A stretch of DNA of 64,000 bases, taken from sequence record OL451225.1; one strand, 5' to 3'. The notes beneath the pieces were generated by a model, which saw only the letters and a program-made list of their open reading frames with translations, did no database searches and was not told the DNA's origin. Of this stretch, positions 9,323-18,869 are shown in pieces. Within the stretch, counting starts at the first letter, position 1; every line of letters starts with the position of its first letter. Made by a program: the position numbers and the translations under genes. This DNA comes from Escherichia phage P896.

Positions 9323-10338
9323 TGTTGCACCTCAAGATATAATTTGTTGGCCAATGCTTTGAGAGCTTTTGATTCTTTCTCATTGGCGTCAGGTAATGCA
9401 TCGATATATTCTGCCATCATATCTGTTAAGCGTTTTATGTCTAACTCTTCATCAGAGTCTGACGTATCAACACTGTTATCAACCTTATTGACAACACGCA
9501 ATTCATGCACACGCTTTTCTAATTCAGATTCGAACTTGGTCAGGTCTTTATCGACTTTTTCTACAATAACACGGACTGATAAGTCTTTGAAGTCGTCGTA
9601 GTTAATAGTTTCGTTTGGATAGAAAATCTTCCGATGCCAGGTGGTTTCATTCGGAATAAATTTCATCTCTTCGGTTTCGGTATCAAATTCCCAGAACCCG
9701 CGCGGGTCGTTCTCATCACCTGCTGTTAATGTCCATGGTGTCCCGATGTACTTAACGTTTGCGGCTTCTGAAATGGTATGAAAGTGACCAGACCAAACTT
9801 GCTTGTACTTCTTAAGGAAATCAGGCTCAAGTCCGTGGGATTTCAATCCTTTATAGAAATAAAACCCGGTTAATTCCCAGTGACCGATGCAATATTCAGC
9901 CCCAGAAGTTTTGATGTGTTGATGAATGTCAGTTGCGTTCTCGTCACACATCCATGGAATCATATCAATCTGATAACCGTCAAAATCAACAGTCGTTGGC
10001 TTATCGTAGATTTTAACATGGTCATACTTATTCAGGAGTTCAGTGATAGCATTGGGATGAATCTTATTCTTCAGATTCATGTCATGGTTCCCGACTATCG
10101 TGTGCATAGTAATTCCTGCTTCACGAAGGAGTTCCATAATCTCACGGCTGAATTCCATCGTCTTATGCGTTACGGCCTTACGGACGTCAAAAATATCACC
10201 ATATTGAATCCAGACTTTAATCCCATTCGCTTTGGAATATGCAATCGCCTGTAAAATACCATCGCGTTGAATGTTTTGAGCCCATGGGTCGTCAGCTTTG
10301 ACACCCAAGTGCCAATCACCTAAATTTAAAATTTTCAT
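9319..10338 (-). CDS. 47: recombination endonuclease subunit gp47 (SbcD/Mre11-like phosphoesterase)
   Basis: Trimmed from TTG at 10365 to MKILNLGDWHLGVK (T4 gp47 start); calcineurin-like phosphoesterase motifs GDxxD, GNHD. Confidence 0.93.
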   Translation of the reverse strand: MKILNLGDWHLGVKADDPWAQNIQRDGILQAIAYSKANGIKVWIQYGDIFDVRKAVTHKTMEFSREIMELLREAGITMHTIVGNHDMNLKNKIHPNAITELLNKYDHVKIYDKPTTVDFDGYQIDMIPWMCDENATDIHQHIKTSGAEYCIGHWELTGFYFYKGLKSHGLEPDFLKKYKQVWSGHFHTISEAANVKYIGTPWTLTAGDENDPRGFWEFDTETEEMKFIPNETTWHRKIFYPNETINYDDFKDLSVRVIVEKVDKDLTKFESELEKRVHELRVVNKVDNSVDTSDSDEELDIKRLTDMMAEYIDALPDANEKESKALKALANKLYLEVQQ

Positions 10339-10478
10339 AAGCCAAGCACCGTTATCGCAATGCAAAATAAAATTATTGAAATGAACCCGTCAGGAGTGGA
10401 AAAGAATCCTATCCAACAAGCTCGTGTGAATGTATAGAATGCCATGAATAGCACGACATATCCTAAAAATAATTCCAT
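10335..10478 (-). CDS. small hydrophobic membrane peptide, 47 aa
   Basis: Not in ORF track (below 60 aa). ATG with GAGGAG RBS; stop overlaps gene 47 start (ATGA). Confidence 0.4.
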   Translation of the reverse strand: MELFLGYVVLFMAFYTFTRACWIGFFSTPDGFISIILFCIAITVLGL

Positions 10479-10525
10479 ATGTTCTCCTCAGTTGGTTCAT
10501 TTTATCATCCCGAATATAAAGCAAA

Positions 10526-10547
10526 AAGGAAGCACTAGGCTTCCTTT
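10526..10547 (-). terminator. hairpin GGAAGC-n4-GCUUCC followed by UUUUUGCUUU
   Basis: Inverted repeat plus T-run read on the minus strand. Confidence 0.45.
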
Positions 10548-10708
10548 CCAATTAATACACCATACAGAGGTTCATGAGAAGACCTGAACTTGATAGGCTT
10601 ATAGGTAATAGTACCTTCATTTTCTGCTTTAATACGAGCGGCTTCAAATTGAAGTATCATCTCATTTTTGTCAGATTTAATCTTATCAAAATCCGTCGAA
10701 TTCGTCAT
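10535..10708 (-). CDS. possible small ORF, 57 aa
   Basis: ATG 8 nt after GAGG; below the ORF-track cutoff; weak support. Confidence 0.25.
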   Translation of the reverse strand: MTNSTDFDKIKSDKNEMILQFEAARIKAENEGTITYKPIKFRSSHEPLYGVLIGKEA

Positions 10709-10766
10709 TCATATGACCTCTTAAACTTTTTCGTATTCGTCGTTCATTAGCCTGCTGTCCATGTTA

Positions 10767-10973
10767 TCATCGTTGCCACCATTTCTTAAGTTGATGTGAG
10801 TCTACCCAAACTTTGGATGTCGGCTCAATTTTAACAATACCTTTTGGAACACCATAAGGGCCAAGGAGCTTACATTCGGTTTCGGACTGCTTGATACAGA
10901 TATTACCGTATGAGCGAAGTCTGAAAGCGGCTCCAATAAGAAGCCGTTTAAAAGGTTTATTTACTAATGCCAT
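10767..10973 (-). CDS. hypothetical protein, 68 aa
   Basis: ORF track; ATG start; lies where T4 has alpha-gt. Confidence 0.45.
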   Translation of the reverse strand: MALVNKPFKRLLIGAAFRLRSYGNICIKQSETECKLLGPYGVPKGIVKIEPTSKVWVDSHQLKKWWQR

Positions 10974-11268
10974 TTACGATTTCCCAAATTTGTTTGCGAG
11001 TAGAATCCCACATCAACTTAATCAGGTCTTCCGTAACGGGTTGGCGGTAAATCCCACGCAGTTTAACTAAAGCGTATTTGTATGCTTCAAAATTGTTTTC
11101 CAGCACTGCGCCTTGAGCATGCTTATTCAGTCGTGCAATTTCACGAGCATTCTTTTTCAGAATCTTCGCTGCTTGGCTGGTTGCTTCAAGTGCGTTCGCT
11201 TCTTCGAGACGTTCCTGTGCTTCTTCAATCTGCTTATCGGTCAGTTGAGAAATATCTGGAGCTTGCAT
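10957..11268 (-). CDS. hypothetical protein, 103 aa, helical
   Basis: ORF track. Confidence 0.5.
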   Translation of the reverse strand: MQAPDISQLTDKQIEEAQERLEEANALEATSQAAKILKKNAREIARLNKHAQGAVLENNFEAYKYALVKLRGIYRQPVTEDLIKLMWDSTRKQIWEIVNGISK

Positions 11269-11269
11269 A

Positions 11270-11503
11270 TTAATCCTTGGGAGTTAACTCAATTGTAAAA
11301 TATAGATTAGCATTATCCACATGATAACGGTAATCAACGTTATTATCCGGTGAAGTAAATTCCAGATTCCGGACGTTTAAAGGGTCGATATCAATTGGAA
11401 GACCTTTTATGTCTCGCAGATAAAGTTTAATGAAATATGGGAGCGCCGTAAAGTCTTCCTCGATTTTATCTAAAAAATCGGTAATATCAAATTGATGTTC
11501 CAT
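11270..11503 (-). CDS. hypothetical protein, 77 aa
   Basis: ORF 11270..11521 begins on GTG; trimmed to first ATG. Confidence 0.4.
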   Translation of the reverse strand: MEHQFDITDFLDKIEEDFTALPYFIKLYLRDIKGLPIDIDPLNVRNLEFTSPDNNVDYRYHVDNANLYFTIELTPKD

Positions 11504-12044
11504 ATAAAAAATCCAAATCACCCTCTTTATCTTTGGCGCTCTTATCAGACCCTGGCGCTTTAACTAAGGAGGATTCGTACTGTGTCATTTTGTCGTAGAT
11601 GTCCTGGATAAATGTTTCATCAGCCAGAGCCACCATATCGTCATCACGTGAATCGTATACGTTATGGACGAAGTAGCTATATTTCTTTGCCATTTCTTTA
11701 CGTTCTTTTTTGATACGCTGAACGAAAGCATTGAAGCAAGCCATTGTTATGTAAGCATGTGGATTATCGTATTTTGTTTCGTCGAAGTTGTGAAGACCTT
11801 TTATTGCGGCCTCAATTCCGTCCGCTATCATTTCTTGCTTCCAGGATTGGGTATATCCGGAGAAGTTGAAACGTTTGCTAAGACCTTCGGCTATAAGCAT
11901 AATCGCCAGACCAATAACATCGTTCTGGCGAATAATTTTGTTCGGGTCAGTGTTCGCATTCAGCTTCTGTTTCCACTCCGAAATAGCTTTCAAAAGCTCT
12001 TTATTATTTACATAGTTATTCTTGGTTAATTTAATTTCGTTCAT
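11487..12044 (-). CDS. 55: late-transcription sigma factor gp55
   Basis: 185 aa; internal segments ([39 protein letters not shown]) match recalled T4 gp55 almost exactly. Confidence 0.93.
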   Translation of the reverse strand: MNEIKLTKNNYVNNKELLKAISEWKQKLNANTDPNKIIRQNDVIGLAIMLIAEGLSKRFNFSGYTQSWKQEMIADGIEAAIKGLHNFDETKYDNPHAYITMACFNAFVQRIKKERKEMAKKYSYFVHNVYDSRDDDMVALADETFIQDIYDKMTQYESSLVKAPGSDKSAKDKEGDLDFLYGTSI

Positions 12045-12092
12045 ATCGCCTCACTTAGTATATGAATATTATATCATCCTTTATACAAAGCA

Positions 12093-12359
12093 TTAGCGAA
12101 GTAAACAGTAAGCCTGGAAGACCTTCTCCATAATTGCCTTAAATTCATGGATGTCAATATAAGGGATAACCTCGGCATCACTAATGAATTCCATCAGACG
12201 GTCATGCTCGTTGCGGTATTGTCCTTCATTCAACATGCCGATATGGGACTCCCACGAGCCATACCCTTCTACGTGTGGGAAGAATGTTATTTTCATGAAT
12301 TCATCCACCCAAAACGTTCCCAGGTCCTGGATGGATATCATTGTATGATTGATGTGCAT
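12093..12359 (-). CDS. hypothetical protein, 88 aa
   Basis: ORF track; ATG start. Confidence 0.5.
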   Translation of the reverse strand: MHINHTMISIQDLGTFWVDEFMKITFFPHVEGYGSWESHIGMLNEGQYRNEHDRLMEFISDAEVIPYIDIHEFKAIMEKVFQAYCLLR

Positions 12360-12625
12360 CAGTACACCAATTGAGCAGCTTCTAAAACATCATCAAGCTT
12401 ATCAAACTGGTCAATATAATCAATCCCACCAACTTCATCTTTAGCATACAACCAATATTGGTGGAATTCATATTCAATAATAAAGTGGTCACCTTCAATC
12501 TGGAGAACCCCATCACCATTAAATTGAACTGCATAACCCGTAAAGCGGACATCATTCAGGAGTTCTTCTTTCATAGTAATCATTTCCAAGTTTTTATCGT
12601 AATTAGAGAGTTTTATTTTAATCAT
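12359..12625 (-). CDS. hypothetical protein, 88 aa
   Basis: ORF track; stop/start overlap with the downstream gene. Confidence 0.5.
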   Translation of the reverse strand: MIKIKLSNYDKNLEMITMKEELLNDVRFTGYAVQFNGDGVLQIEGDHFIIEYEFHQYWLYAKDEVGGIDYIDQFDKLDDVLEAAQLVY

Positions 12626-12881
12626 TTAAGTAGTCCAGGAATTCGTCTAATGTCATGCCTTCCGCCCAAGCTTCCCAAGCATCGATTTTAGTGTACTTGG
12701 TTTTAGTACACATAGGATAGATTCTGAATTCATATCCCATTGCAATGAAATAATTTAAAGTCCTTTGTAAATAGTATCCTTGGCTAATTTTATGAGCTCG
12801 GCGAATTCCATTAGCATACGTATGTTTGTAAGATACTATCACCGCAACACCTTCAGGTAATTCAATAGCAGGACACATCAT
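12618..12881 (-). CDS. hypothetical protein, 87 aa
   Basis: ORF track. Confidence 0.5.
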   Translation of the reverse strand: MMCPAIELPEGVAVIVSYKHTYANGIRRAHKISQGYYLQRTLNYFIAMGYEFRIYPMCTKTKYTKIDAWEAWAEGMTLDEFLDYLND

Positions 12882-13204
12882 TTCGCACCCTTAATAATTT
12901 TCAGGTCAACAAAACCTTTCTTACGCTGGGAATTCATGCGCTTGATGGCTTTGTCAGAAACTTCTTTGTTTTCACGTGGAAGCGGCAGACCAAACGCTAC
13001 TACATCAAATTCATTCAGGATATACTGGACAAGGCTTTCACGAATACGCGCTTTACCCATTGTCTGACCTTCTGCAATAATTAGCTTCTGTACATCGCCT
13101 TCCCACTGGTCCAGAATTTCAGGGGTAACGAAACCAGATTTCATCAGAGTGTTGACTTTAGCAAACGCGAAATTAGCGATGGTGTTAGTGATAGATGCAG
13201 TCAT
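12878..13204 (-). CDS. hypothetical protein, 108 aa
   Basis: ORF track; ATG start. Confidence 0.5.
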   Translation of the reverse strand: MTASITNTIANFAFAKVNTLMKSGFVTPEILDQWEGDVQKLIIAEGQTMGKARIRESLVQYILNEFDVVAFGLPLPRENKEVSDKAIKRMNSQRKKGFVDLKIIKGAK

Positions 13205-13239
13205 GATATATTCCTCAGTCTCATTAAATTAAAATTTTA

Positions 13240-13276
13240 TTATCCTGGGGTCATTATACCATGACCCCGTTGGTTT
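13240..13276 (-). promoter_or_regulatory. stem-loop GGGGTCAT/ATGACCCC with a TATAAT hexamer in the loop (promoter-cassette-like; no clear -35)
   Basis: Inverted repeat and hexamer read on the minus strand; function uncertain. Confidence 0.3.
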
Positions 13277-13474
13277 TTATTGCGCTTTAGCCGCTTTCCA
13301 GCCTTCATACATCATTGCGGCTGATATTAATATCGCTCCTGAACAACTTGAATACTTGTGATTCCAAAACCAGTTTAGAAAAACTTCGTCATCGATACCT
13401 TGAGCTATCATATTTTCAAAGAACTGACGACGAGCTTCAGCAATTCGCTGTGATAATTTAGATTCAGGGTTCAT
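13277..13474 (-). CDS. hypothetical protein, 65 aa
   Basis: ORF track; ATG start. Confidence 0.45.
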   Translation of the reverse strand: MNPESKLSQRIAEARRQFFENMIAQGIDDEVFLNWFWNHKYSSCSGAILISAAMMYEGWKAAKAQ

Positions 13475-13606
13475 TTAAATTTTCCAGTTACCGTTTTCAT
13501 CAATAAATTCAATCCAGTCATTTACTGACCACTTGGTTGTATCGCCTTTTGGAGCAGAATTTAAAGCGTATAATCCTTGTTTAAAAAGCATTCGTTTGAT
13601 ATTCAT
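13475..13606 (-). CDS. possible small protein, 43 aa
   Basis: ORF 13475..13699 trimmed to ATG at 13606 with GAGGAAAAC RBS to remove overlap with the upstream gene. Confidence 0.3.
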   Translation of the reverse strand: MNIKRMLFKQGLYALNSAPKGDTTKWSVNDWIEFIDENGNWKI

Positions 13607-13613
13607 GTTTTCC

Positions 13614-13907
13614 TCAGCTGTAACGATAGCACTCGTTTGATTTACGTTTTGCAACACGGTGAGAAGTATTATAATCAAAATCATCCTCAACGTATACATC
13701 TTTTTTCAACTGACGAACTTCTTTACGCAGTTGACGATTCATCTCATTCTTGACTTCTGAATCAACGCCACGCATACGCTTCCATTTGTCTGAACGGAAG
13801 ATATTTTCTTCAACTTGTTCCTGACTTACACCATCAGGCGCTCGGCGACGCCCTGAATAATAAAAATCTTTTACAGACAATTCTTTGCGACGAATAGTTT
13901 TACCCAT
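13614..13907 (-). CDS. hypothetical basic protein, 97 aa
   Basis: ORF track; ATG start. Confidence 0.5.
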   Translation of the reverse strand: MGKTIRRKELSVKDFYYSGRRRAPDGVSQEQVEENIFRSDKWKRMRGVDSEVKNEMNRQLRKEVRQLKKDVYVEDDFDYNTSHRVAKRKSNECYRYS

Positions 13908-13909
13908 AG

Positions 13910-14164
13910 TTACCTCAGCAGTTTGTATCCAATAAGCTTTTTAATGTACTGGATATCTTTGACATCCAAATCCAACTTAAGGTCTTTCAGACGGTCGACC
14001 AGGGTCAAAAAGGTTACATGTTTCCAATTCTTCACTGGGCAACAATAAGTCTTAGGACCATTTGCAATTTCAATATTTTTATCTGTGACGGTGATAAAAA
14101 TCAAACGTTCATCATCAAGATTAAGGGTGGCGACATTTTTCATTGAATGTAATTTCAGGCTCAT
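13910..14164 (-). CDS. hypothetical protein, 84 aa
   Basis: ORF track; ATG start. Confidence 0.5.
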   Translation of the reverse strand: MSLKLHSMKNVATLNLDDERLIFITVTDKNIEIANGPKTYCCPVKNWKHVTFLTLVDRLKDLKLDLDVKDIQYIKKLIGYKLLR

Positions 14165-14343
14165 AATTTAGGTCCTTTTGCAACTGTATTGAACAAGCTA
14201 CGGTCACACACCATCAACGGAGCATCAGGCCATTTCAAAGGACGATACCATACATCTTGGTCCGTCACTTTGGTTACTTGCACAGGATAGCCATTTACTG
14301 AATAATACTGGTCGGCTTTAATTTCTTTATCTTCAATAACCAT
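14161..14343 (-). CDS. hypothetical protein, 60 aa
   Basis: ORF 14161..14421 trimmed to ATG at 14343 (GAGGAAAAC RBS); the removed N-terminal residues are translation of the promoter cassette. Confidence 0.4.
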   Translation of the reverse strand: MVIEDKEIKADQYYSVNGYPVQVTKVTDQDVWYRPLKWPDAPLMVCDRSLFNTVAKGPKL

Positions 14344-14350
14344 TTTGTTT

Positions 14351-14410
14351 TCCTCATCAGTAGTTGATGGGATAATGATACACCGTTCAAAGGGGCTTGT
14401 ACACCCCTTT
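14351..14410 (-). promoter_or_regulatory. early promoter cassette (-35 GTGTACA inside a GGGG/CCCC hairpin, -10 TATCAT, conserved leader ATTATCCCATCAACTACTGA)
   Basis: Read on the minus strand; member of the GATGGGATA class of repeats. Confidence 0.5.
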
Positions 14411-14728
14411 TTAATCTTCAATTAAGTCCTGGTCATACCCCAGGGATATCAGTTTTGTTTTAAAGGCAGGAATATTTGTCATTTTTTCATCATTGACAAA
14501 AATCACTGGGTAACGAATGTTAAGGGTAGGATATCCAGCACGCTTAGCCAAAGACACGATTAATGGCCTGTCATAAGCGATTTCAGAGCCTTGTTTGTTA
14601 AGGACTGAATAGAATGTATAAGGAAGGTTTAAGGAGCCCAGAAGGCTCCTGACGTGCATACAACCTGGGCATCGACCGACTTCTTCGGGGATACCATAGA
14701 TTTCAATCTTAGTCGAGTTTTGGTCCAC
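14411..14728 (-). CDS. nrdH: glutaredoxin-like protein NrdH (CPGC active site)
   Basis: 105 aa thioredoxin-fold protein with CPGC upstream of nrdG/nrdD as in T4; start is GTG with AAGGAG RBS. Confidence 0.65.
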   Translation of the reverse strand: MDQNSTKIEIYGIPEEVGRCPGCMHVRSLLGSLNLPYTFYSVLNKQGSEIAYDRPLIVSLAKRAGYPTLNIRYPVIFVNDEKMTNIPAFKTKLISLGYDQDLIED

Positions 14729-15008
14729 AGGAAATCACTCCTTGGTAGTTCCAGGTTTTAATAACTTCTTCATCGCTGGCAGTTGCGTACGGGACATAAA
14801 CCTGAATAAGGAAACCCGTGTCATCGAAAGAGAAATAAACCGTCGGTTTGATTCCATGAATCTCAGACAATGCATAGATGTCTTTAAGGTCTTCTTCCTT
14901 ACCGACAAAGAATTCCGGGTCCAGGTCACAGTCGTGGAAGTACCATTCATCACCGAACTTGTCCCATGCGGTCCAATTAGTAGCTACATATTCTTCAAAA
15001 CGTTTCAT
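14709..15008 (-). CDS. hypothetical protein, 99 aa
   Basis: ORF track; ATG start. Confidence 0.5.
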   Translation of the reverse strand: MKRFEEYVATNWTAWDKFGDEWYFHDCDLDPEFFVGKEEDLKDIYALSEIHGIKPTVYFSFDDTGFLIQVYVPYATASDEEVIKTWNYQGVISCGPKLD

Positions 15009-15220
15009 TCTTTCACCTTCAGCATTTTTGCAATGGTACTATGAATAGTCTGGATTCTTTTGTTGAATTCAGAGCTTTCGAGGCCAGGATTGGTGCTTAA
15101 CCAACCGATAATAACAAACAGCAAACCAAACGGGATAGCCAGAATAAGCAGACAAACGATGAACAAAACAAGCGTTATGTTTGCCAGAATATCTGCTGTA
15201 GCATTACGAAATTTATTCAT
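15005..15220 (-). CDS. small membrane protein, 71 aa
   Basis: ORF 15005..15244 begins on TTG; trimmed to ATG at 15220 with AAGGGT RBS; two hydrophobic segments. Confidence 0.45.
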   Translation of the reverse strand: MNKFRNATADILANITLVLFIVCLLILAIPFGLLFVIIGWLSTNPGLESSEFNKRIQTIHSTIAKMLKVKE

Positions 15221-15334
15221 ATTTACCCTTAATTGATTAACCAAGCATTGATAAACACTAAACTATACTGCGAATAAAATTCTGGACCAAAACGAAAAAT
15301 CATATCATTTATAGTATCCATAATGTAATTCAAT

Positions 15335-15805
15335 TTAATCATGTTTCCACACCCCATCGGTATTTGACCAAAGTCGCTGATTATCCGACCCTCGCCACAG
15401 TTTTTTGGTCGGAAGATTTTTCTCATACTTCCCATCAATAATAACATCAACATATTTAAGCATTTCTAGTTGTTTAATATCTTCAAACTTATATCCTGTC
15501 CACATCCAAATGCTTTTATTGGGATAAAGATTTTTAATAGTTTGAACCACAGAGTGAATAACATCTCGGTTATCAGGATAGAGAGGGTCTCCTCCGGTTA
15601 TAGTTAATCCTTCTATATAATCATTATTCAAACATTCAATTAATTGTTCTAGTGTTTTACCAGTAAATGGAACACCATTTCTAGCATTCCATGTTGATTT
15701 ATTATAACACCCTTCGCATTTATGCAAACAACCTGTAACGAAAAGAACGACCCTGCATCCAGGGCCATTCACAAAATCGCAAGGATAAAATCTATCATAA
15801 TTCAT
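15335..15805 (-). CDS. nrdG: anaerobic ribonucleotide reductase activating protein NrdG (radical SAM)
   Basis: 156 aa with Cys cluster CLHKCEGC; directly downstream of nrdD. Confidence 0.9.
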   Translation of the reverse strand: MNYDRFYPCDFVNGPGCRVVLFVTGCLHKCEGCYNKSTWNARNGVPFTGKTLEQLIECLNNDYIEGLTITGGDPLYPDNRDVIHSVVQTIKNLYPNKSIWMWTGYKFEDIKQLEMLKYVDVIIDGKYEKNLPTKKLWRGSDNQRLWSNTDGVWKHD

Positions 15806-17619
15806 TGGTGTTTAACCCTATGCATGATTTCTTTATTTTTGCCGAGATTAAATCCGCGTTCGTTCGGATTTCCCAAATAACCACAAGTTCTTCTTATTGT
15901 GTTCATCTTTTTAGGGTCAGTTTCTCCACAAATAGAACAAACAAATCCGTTTTCAGTAGGAGTCATTTCATGGGTACTTCCACATGTAAAACATTTATCT
16001 ACTGGCATATTAACACCAAAATAATCTAAATGTTGTGCAGCATAATCCCACACAGCCTCAAGACCTTTTAGGTTATTTTTCATATCAGGAAGTTCAACAT
16101 AAGAAATGTGACCGCCTGTCGCAATGAAATGATACGGTGCTTCGCGAGAAATCTTTTCAAACGGAGTAATATTTTCTTCTACTGAAACATGGAAACTATT
16201 AGTGTACCAGCCTTTATCAGTAACATCTTTTACACTTCCATATTTTTCAGTATCAAGTTTACAGAAGCGATAGCACAGGTTTTCAGCAGGAGTAGAATAC
16301 AAGCTAAAAGCAAAACCGGTTCTTTCGGTCCACTGCTTAAGACGAGCATTCATTTTAGTTAAAATTTCTTGCCCAATATCACGACCGACAAGAATATTCA
16401 ATTCGTGAATACCAATGTATCCCAAAGACACTGAACTTCTACCGTTTTTAAATAACTCAATTATATCATCATCGGGTTTAAGACGAACCCCGAATGCACC
16501 TTCTTGGTAAAGAATAGGAGCAACAGTCGCTTTAACTCCTTTTAAGGAATTAATTCTACACATCAAAGCTTCAAAACACAAATCCATTCGCTCATTGAAC
16601 AATTCAGTAAATTTCTGTTCATTGAACTGTGTTCCAATATAAGAATCTAACGCAATACGAGGAAGATTCAGTGTTACAACGCCAAGATTATTACGCCCAT
16701 CAAGAATTTCATTACCAGCCGAATCTTTCCATACGCTCAAGAAACTACGGCAACCCATCGGAGAAACAGGAACTGAAGAACCGGTAATAGCTTTATTATT
16801 CTTAACCGAAATAATGTCAGGATACATTCTTTTGCTTGCACACTCTAAAGCAAGCTGCTTAATATCATAGTTCGGGTCGTCTTTATAAAGATTAACACCT
16901 TCTTCAACGAACATAACAAGTTTAGGGAAAATAGGAGTTATCCCATCACGACCAAGACCTTTAATACGATTTTTCAGAATTGCTTTCTGAATCATTCGTT
17001 CGGTCCAGTCAGTTCCGGTACCAAATGTAATTGTCACAAAAGGAGTCTGACCATTTGAGCTAAAGAGAGTATTTACTTCATATTCATAAGCTTGGAATGC
17101 GTCGTATACGTCTTTTTCTGTTTTAGATTGTGCATAATTCAACGCATCAGTGATTTGCCATTTTTCCGCGTCCTCAATATGTTTCGCATAGGTACGTTTA
17201 ACATAAGGAGAAAGTACTTTATCTACATTCGCAAAAGTCGTTCCGCCATATTGATGGGAAGCAACCTGTGCAGTAATTTGTGCCATAATTGCAGTAGCAA
17301 CACTGATTGATTTAGGAGTTTCAATCTGTGCATTACCGAGCTTAAACCCGTTCTCAAGCATTCCTTTTAAATCTACTAAACAGCAATTAGTAAATGGAAG
17401 AGCAGGGGAATAATCAATATCATGGAAATGAATAATTCCACTTTCATGTGCTTTCATAATAAAAGACGCGACCATATTTTTGGCAATGTGTTTAGATACA
17501 ATACCAGCCATAAGGTCCCGTTGAGTTGGAAAAACACGAGAATCTTTATTAGCATTCTCGTTTAAAAGGTCTTTATTAGTTTTATGAATCAATCCTTCAA
17601 TTTCGTTTTCAATTGTCAT
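15802..17619 (-). CDS. nrdD: anaerobic ribonucleoside-triphosphate reductase NrdD (uninterrupted, no intron)
   Basis: 605 aa, same length as T4 NrdD; C-terminal glycyl-radical region and Cys-x2-Cys zinc site present. Confidence 0.95.
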   Translation of the reverse strand: MTIENEIEGLIHKTNKDLLNENANKDSRVFPTQRDLMAGIVSKHIAKNMVASFIMKAHESGIIHFHDIDYSPALPFTNCCLVDLKGMLENGFKLGNAQIETPKSISVATAIMAQITAQVASHQYGGTTFANVDKVLSPYVKRTYAKHIEDAEKWQITDALNYAQSKTEKDVYDAFQAYEYEVNTLFSSNGQTPFVTITFGTGTDWTERMIQKAILKNRIKGLGRDGITPIFPKLVMFVEEGVNLYKDDPNYDIKQLALECASKRMYPDIISVKNNKAITGSSVPVSPMGCRSFLSVWKDSAGNEILDGRNNLGVVTLNLPRIALDSYIGTQFNEQKFTELFNERMDLCFEALMCRINSLKGVKATVAPILYQEGAFGVRLKPDDDIIELFKNGRSSVSLGYIGIHELNILVGRDIGQEILTKMNARLKQWTERTGFAFSLYSTPAENLCYRFCKLDTEKYGSVKDVTDKGWYTNSFHVSVEENITPFEKISREAPYHFIATGGHISYVELPDMKNNLKGLEAVWDYAAQHLDYFGVNMPVDKCFTCGSTHEMTPTENGFVCSICGETDPKKMNTIRRTCGYLGNPNERGFNLGKNKEIMHRVKHQ

Positions 17620-18089
17620 TTTAAACTCTTTCTAAGCTGCTTCTTAAATGAAGCCATTAATTGTGTTTTTGTGTCAGATTCATTATAATTCATACCGTTC
17701 AAAAGCATTTCCCGAATCATTTCTTCTTTCCCCAGGCGACCGAACTCTTTGGCTTTGTCTGCCACAAAATTAGGGTGAATATTGTTTTCGGTATAATCAG
17801 ATTTCAGATAGACAAGCAAACTCTCTAACCATTCCAGGTAGTCAACATCGCGACCTTTTAGACCCGAACGGCTGAACTTATGCTTCATTTGTCCTTCTGT
17901 TCCATTGCACAGATTGCATAGTAACCCGCGAACCTTACCGGCTTTTGGTCCGTTCAATTCGTGGTCATGGTCAAGATGGTTGGCCTGAACATCAGAGTCC
18001 AAATCACGGTGGCAAATTGGACACTTACCAGCTTGTGCATCATAAAGTTTTTGTTTTTCTTCTTTGTATAATTTGCCAGTCAACAACAT
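17616..18089 (-). CDS. 49: recombination endonuclease VII (gp49, Holliday junction resolvase)
   Basis: 157 aa, zinc-binding CPICH...HDHE...CNLCN motifs; position after nrdD as in T4. Confidence 0.9.
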   Translation of the reverse strand: MLLTGKLYKEEKQKLYDAQAGKCPICHRDLDSDVQANHLDHDHELNGPKAGKVRGLLCNLCNGTEGQMKHKFSRSGLKGRDVDYLEWLESLLVYLKSDYTENNIHPNFVADKAKEFGRLGKEEMIREMLLNGMNYNESDTKTQLMASFKKQLRKSLK

Positions 18090-18124
18090 AATAAACCCTT
18101 ACCATTATTAGATAAGGGTATTTA

Positions 18125-18310
18125 TTATTTTTCAAATGTGCTATAGAACGAACGATGCAACCGTTTAAATTGACGAATCATCTTTTTGGTAGGACGAGTA
18201 TACAATCCTACACAGGTGGCCATAAACTGGTCAGTAGGACTTCCTTTGATAAGAAGTTTCCAGACCTTGTCACCGTTTAACTTTTCGGTATAGACTAATT
18301 TAGTTTTCAT
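18125..18310 (-). CDS. hypothetical protein, 61 aa
   Basis: ORF track. Confidence 0.4.
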   Translation of the reverse strand: MKTKLVYTEKLNGDKVWKLLIKGSPTDQFMATCVGLYTRPTKKMIRQFKRLHRSFYSTFEK

Positions 18311-18579
18311 TAAACAATCCTAAAACAAGGATAATGGCAGTCAACGTTACCATTATCAATTATCATATACTCAGTGATACAGGTCCATGACCCTTCAATT
18401 TCTATGGTATCAAAAAGGTATTCATCTGTTTCAACAACGTCCCAAACATTACATTCAACGTCAGGGTCAAAACGTTGTCTTAACGCATGGATAACATCAC
18501 CATTTTTAAATCCTGCGTCTTGAAGCTCTTTCATAAAACCTGATTGAGCAGCATGAATATTAACAATTTCTAAAAACAT
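18310..18579 (-). CDS. hypothetical protein, 89 aa
   Basis: ORF track; ATG start. Confidence 0.5.
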   Translation of the reverse strand: MFLEIVNIHAAQSGFMKELQDAGFKNGDVIHALRQRFDPDVECNVWDVVETDEYLFDTIEIEGSWTCITEYMIIDNGNVDCHYPCFRIV

Positions 18580-18752
18580 TAAAAGACCTCATCAGAAAAG
18601 CGGAGTTGAGCTTCAAGCCAATGAATGTAGTCAGCTGCAGCAAAAATTAAAGCAGATTCTTCATCAGGTAACTTACGGGAATCCGACAATTCGTAAAGTG
18701 AATGTTCAATCAGACGGCCTTTATGACGGCCAACTTCAATTTTGGTACTCAT
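18579..18752 (-). CDS. possible small protein, 57 aa
   Basis: Below ORF-track cutoff; ATG start; stop overlaps the downstream start (TAATG). Confidence 0.35.
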   Translation of the reverse strand: MSTKIEVGRHKGRLIEHSLYELSDSRKLPDEESALIFAAADYIHWLEAQLRFSDEVF

Positions 18753-18869
18753 ATCCAAACTCCATATCGATTAAATCATTGTTTGAAGGTTCATTATAAT
18801 CTATTTCGGAATCGTTGTAAACCGGTTCCTCTGGCTCGACGGTTTCCCATCGAGCGGTATACCATGGTT

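Noticed and set aside
14344-14421. N-terminal residues IIIPSTTDEENK (and MIIPSTTEENK at 48505..48537, MIVPSTTDYK at 1174..1245) in ORF-track proteins
   Set aside because: These recurring peptides are translations of the conserved promoter-cassette leader in front of the true ATG, not protein sequence.
15802-17619. Possible group I intron or homing endonuclease in nrdD, as in T4
   Set aside because: The nrdD reading frame is continuous at 605 aa with no interruption, so no intron is present here.
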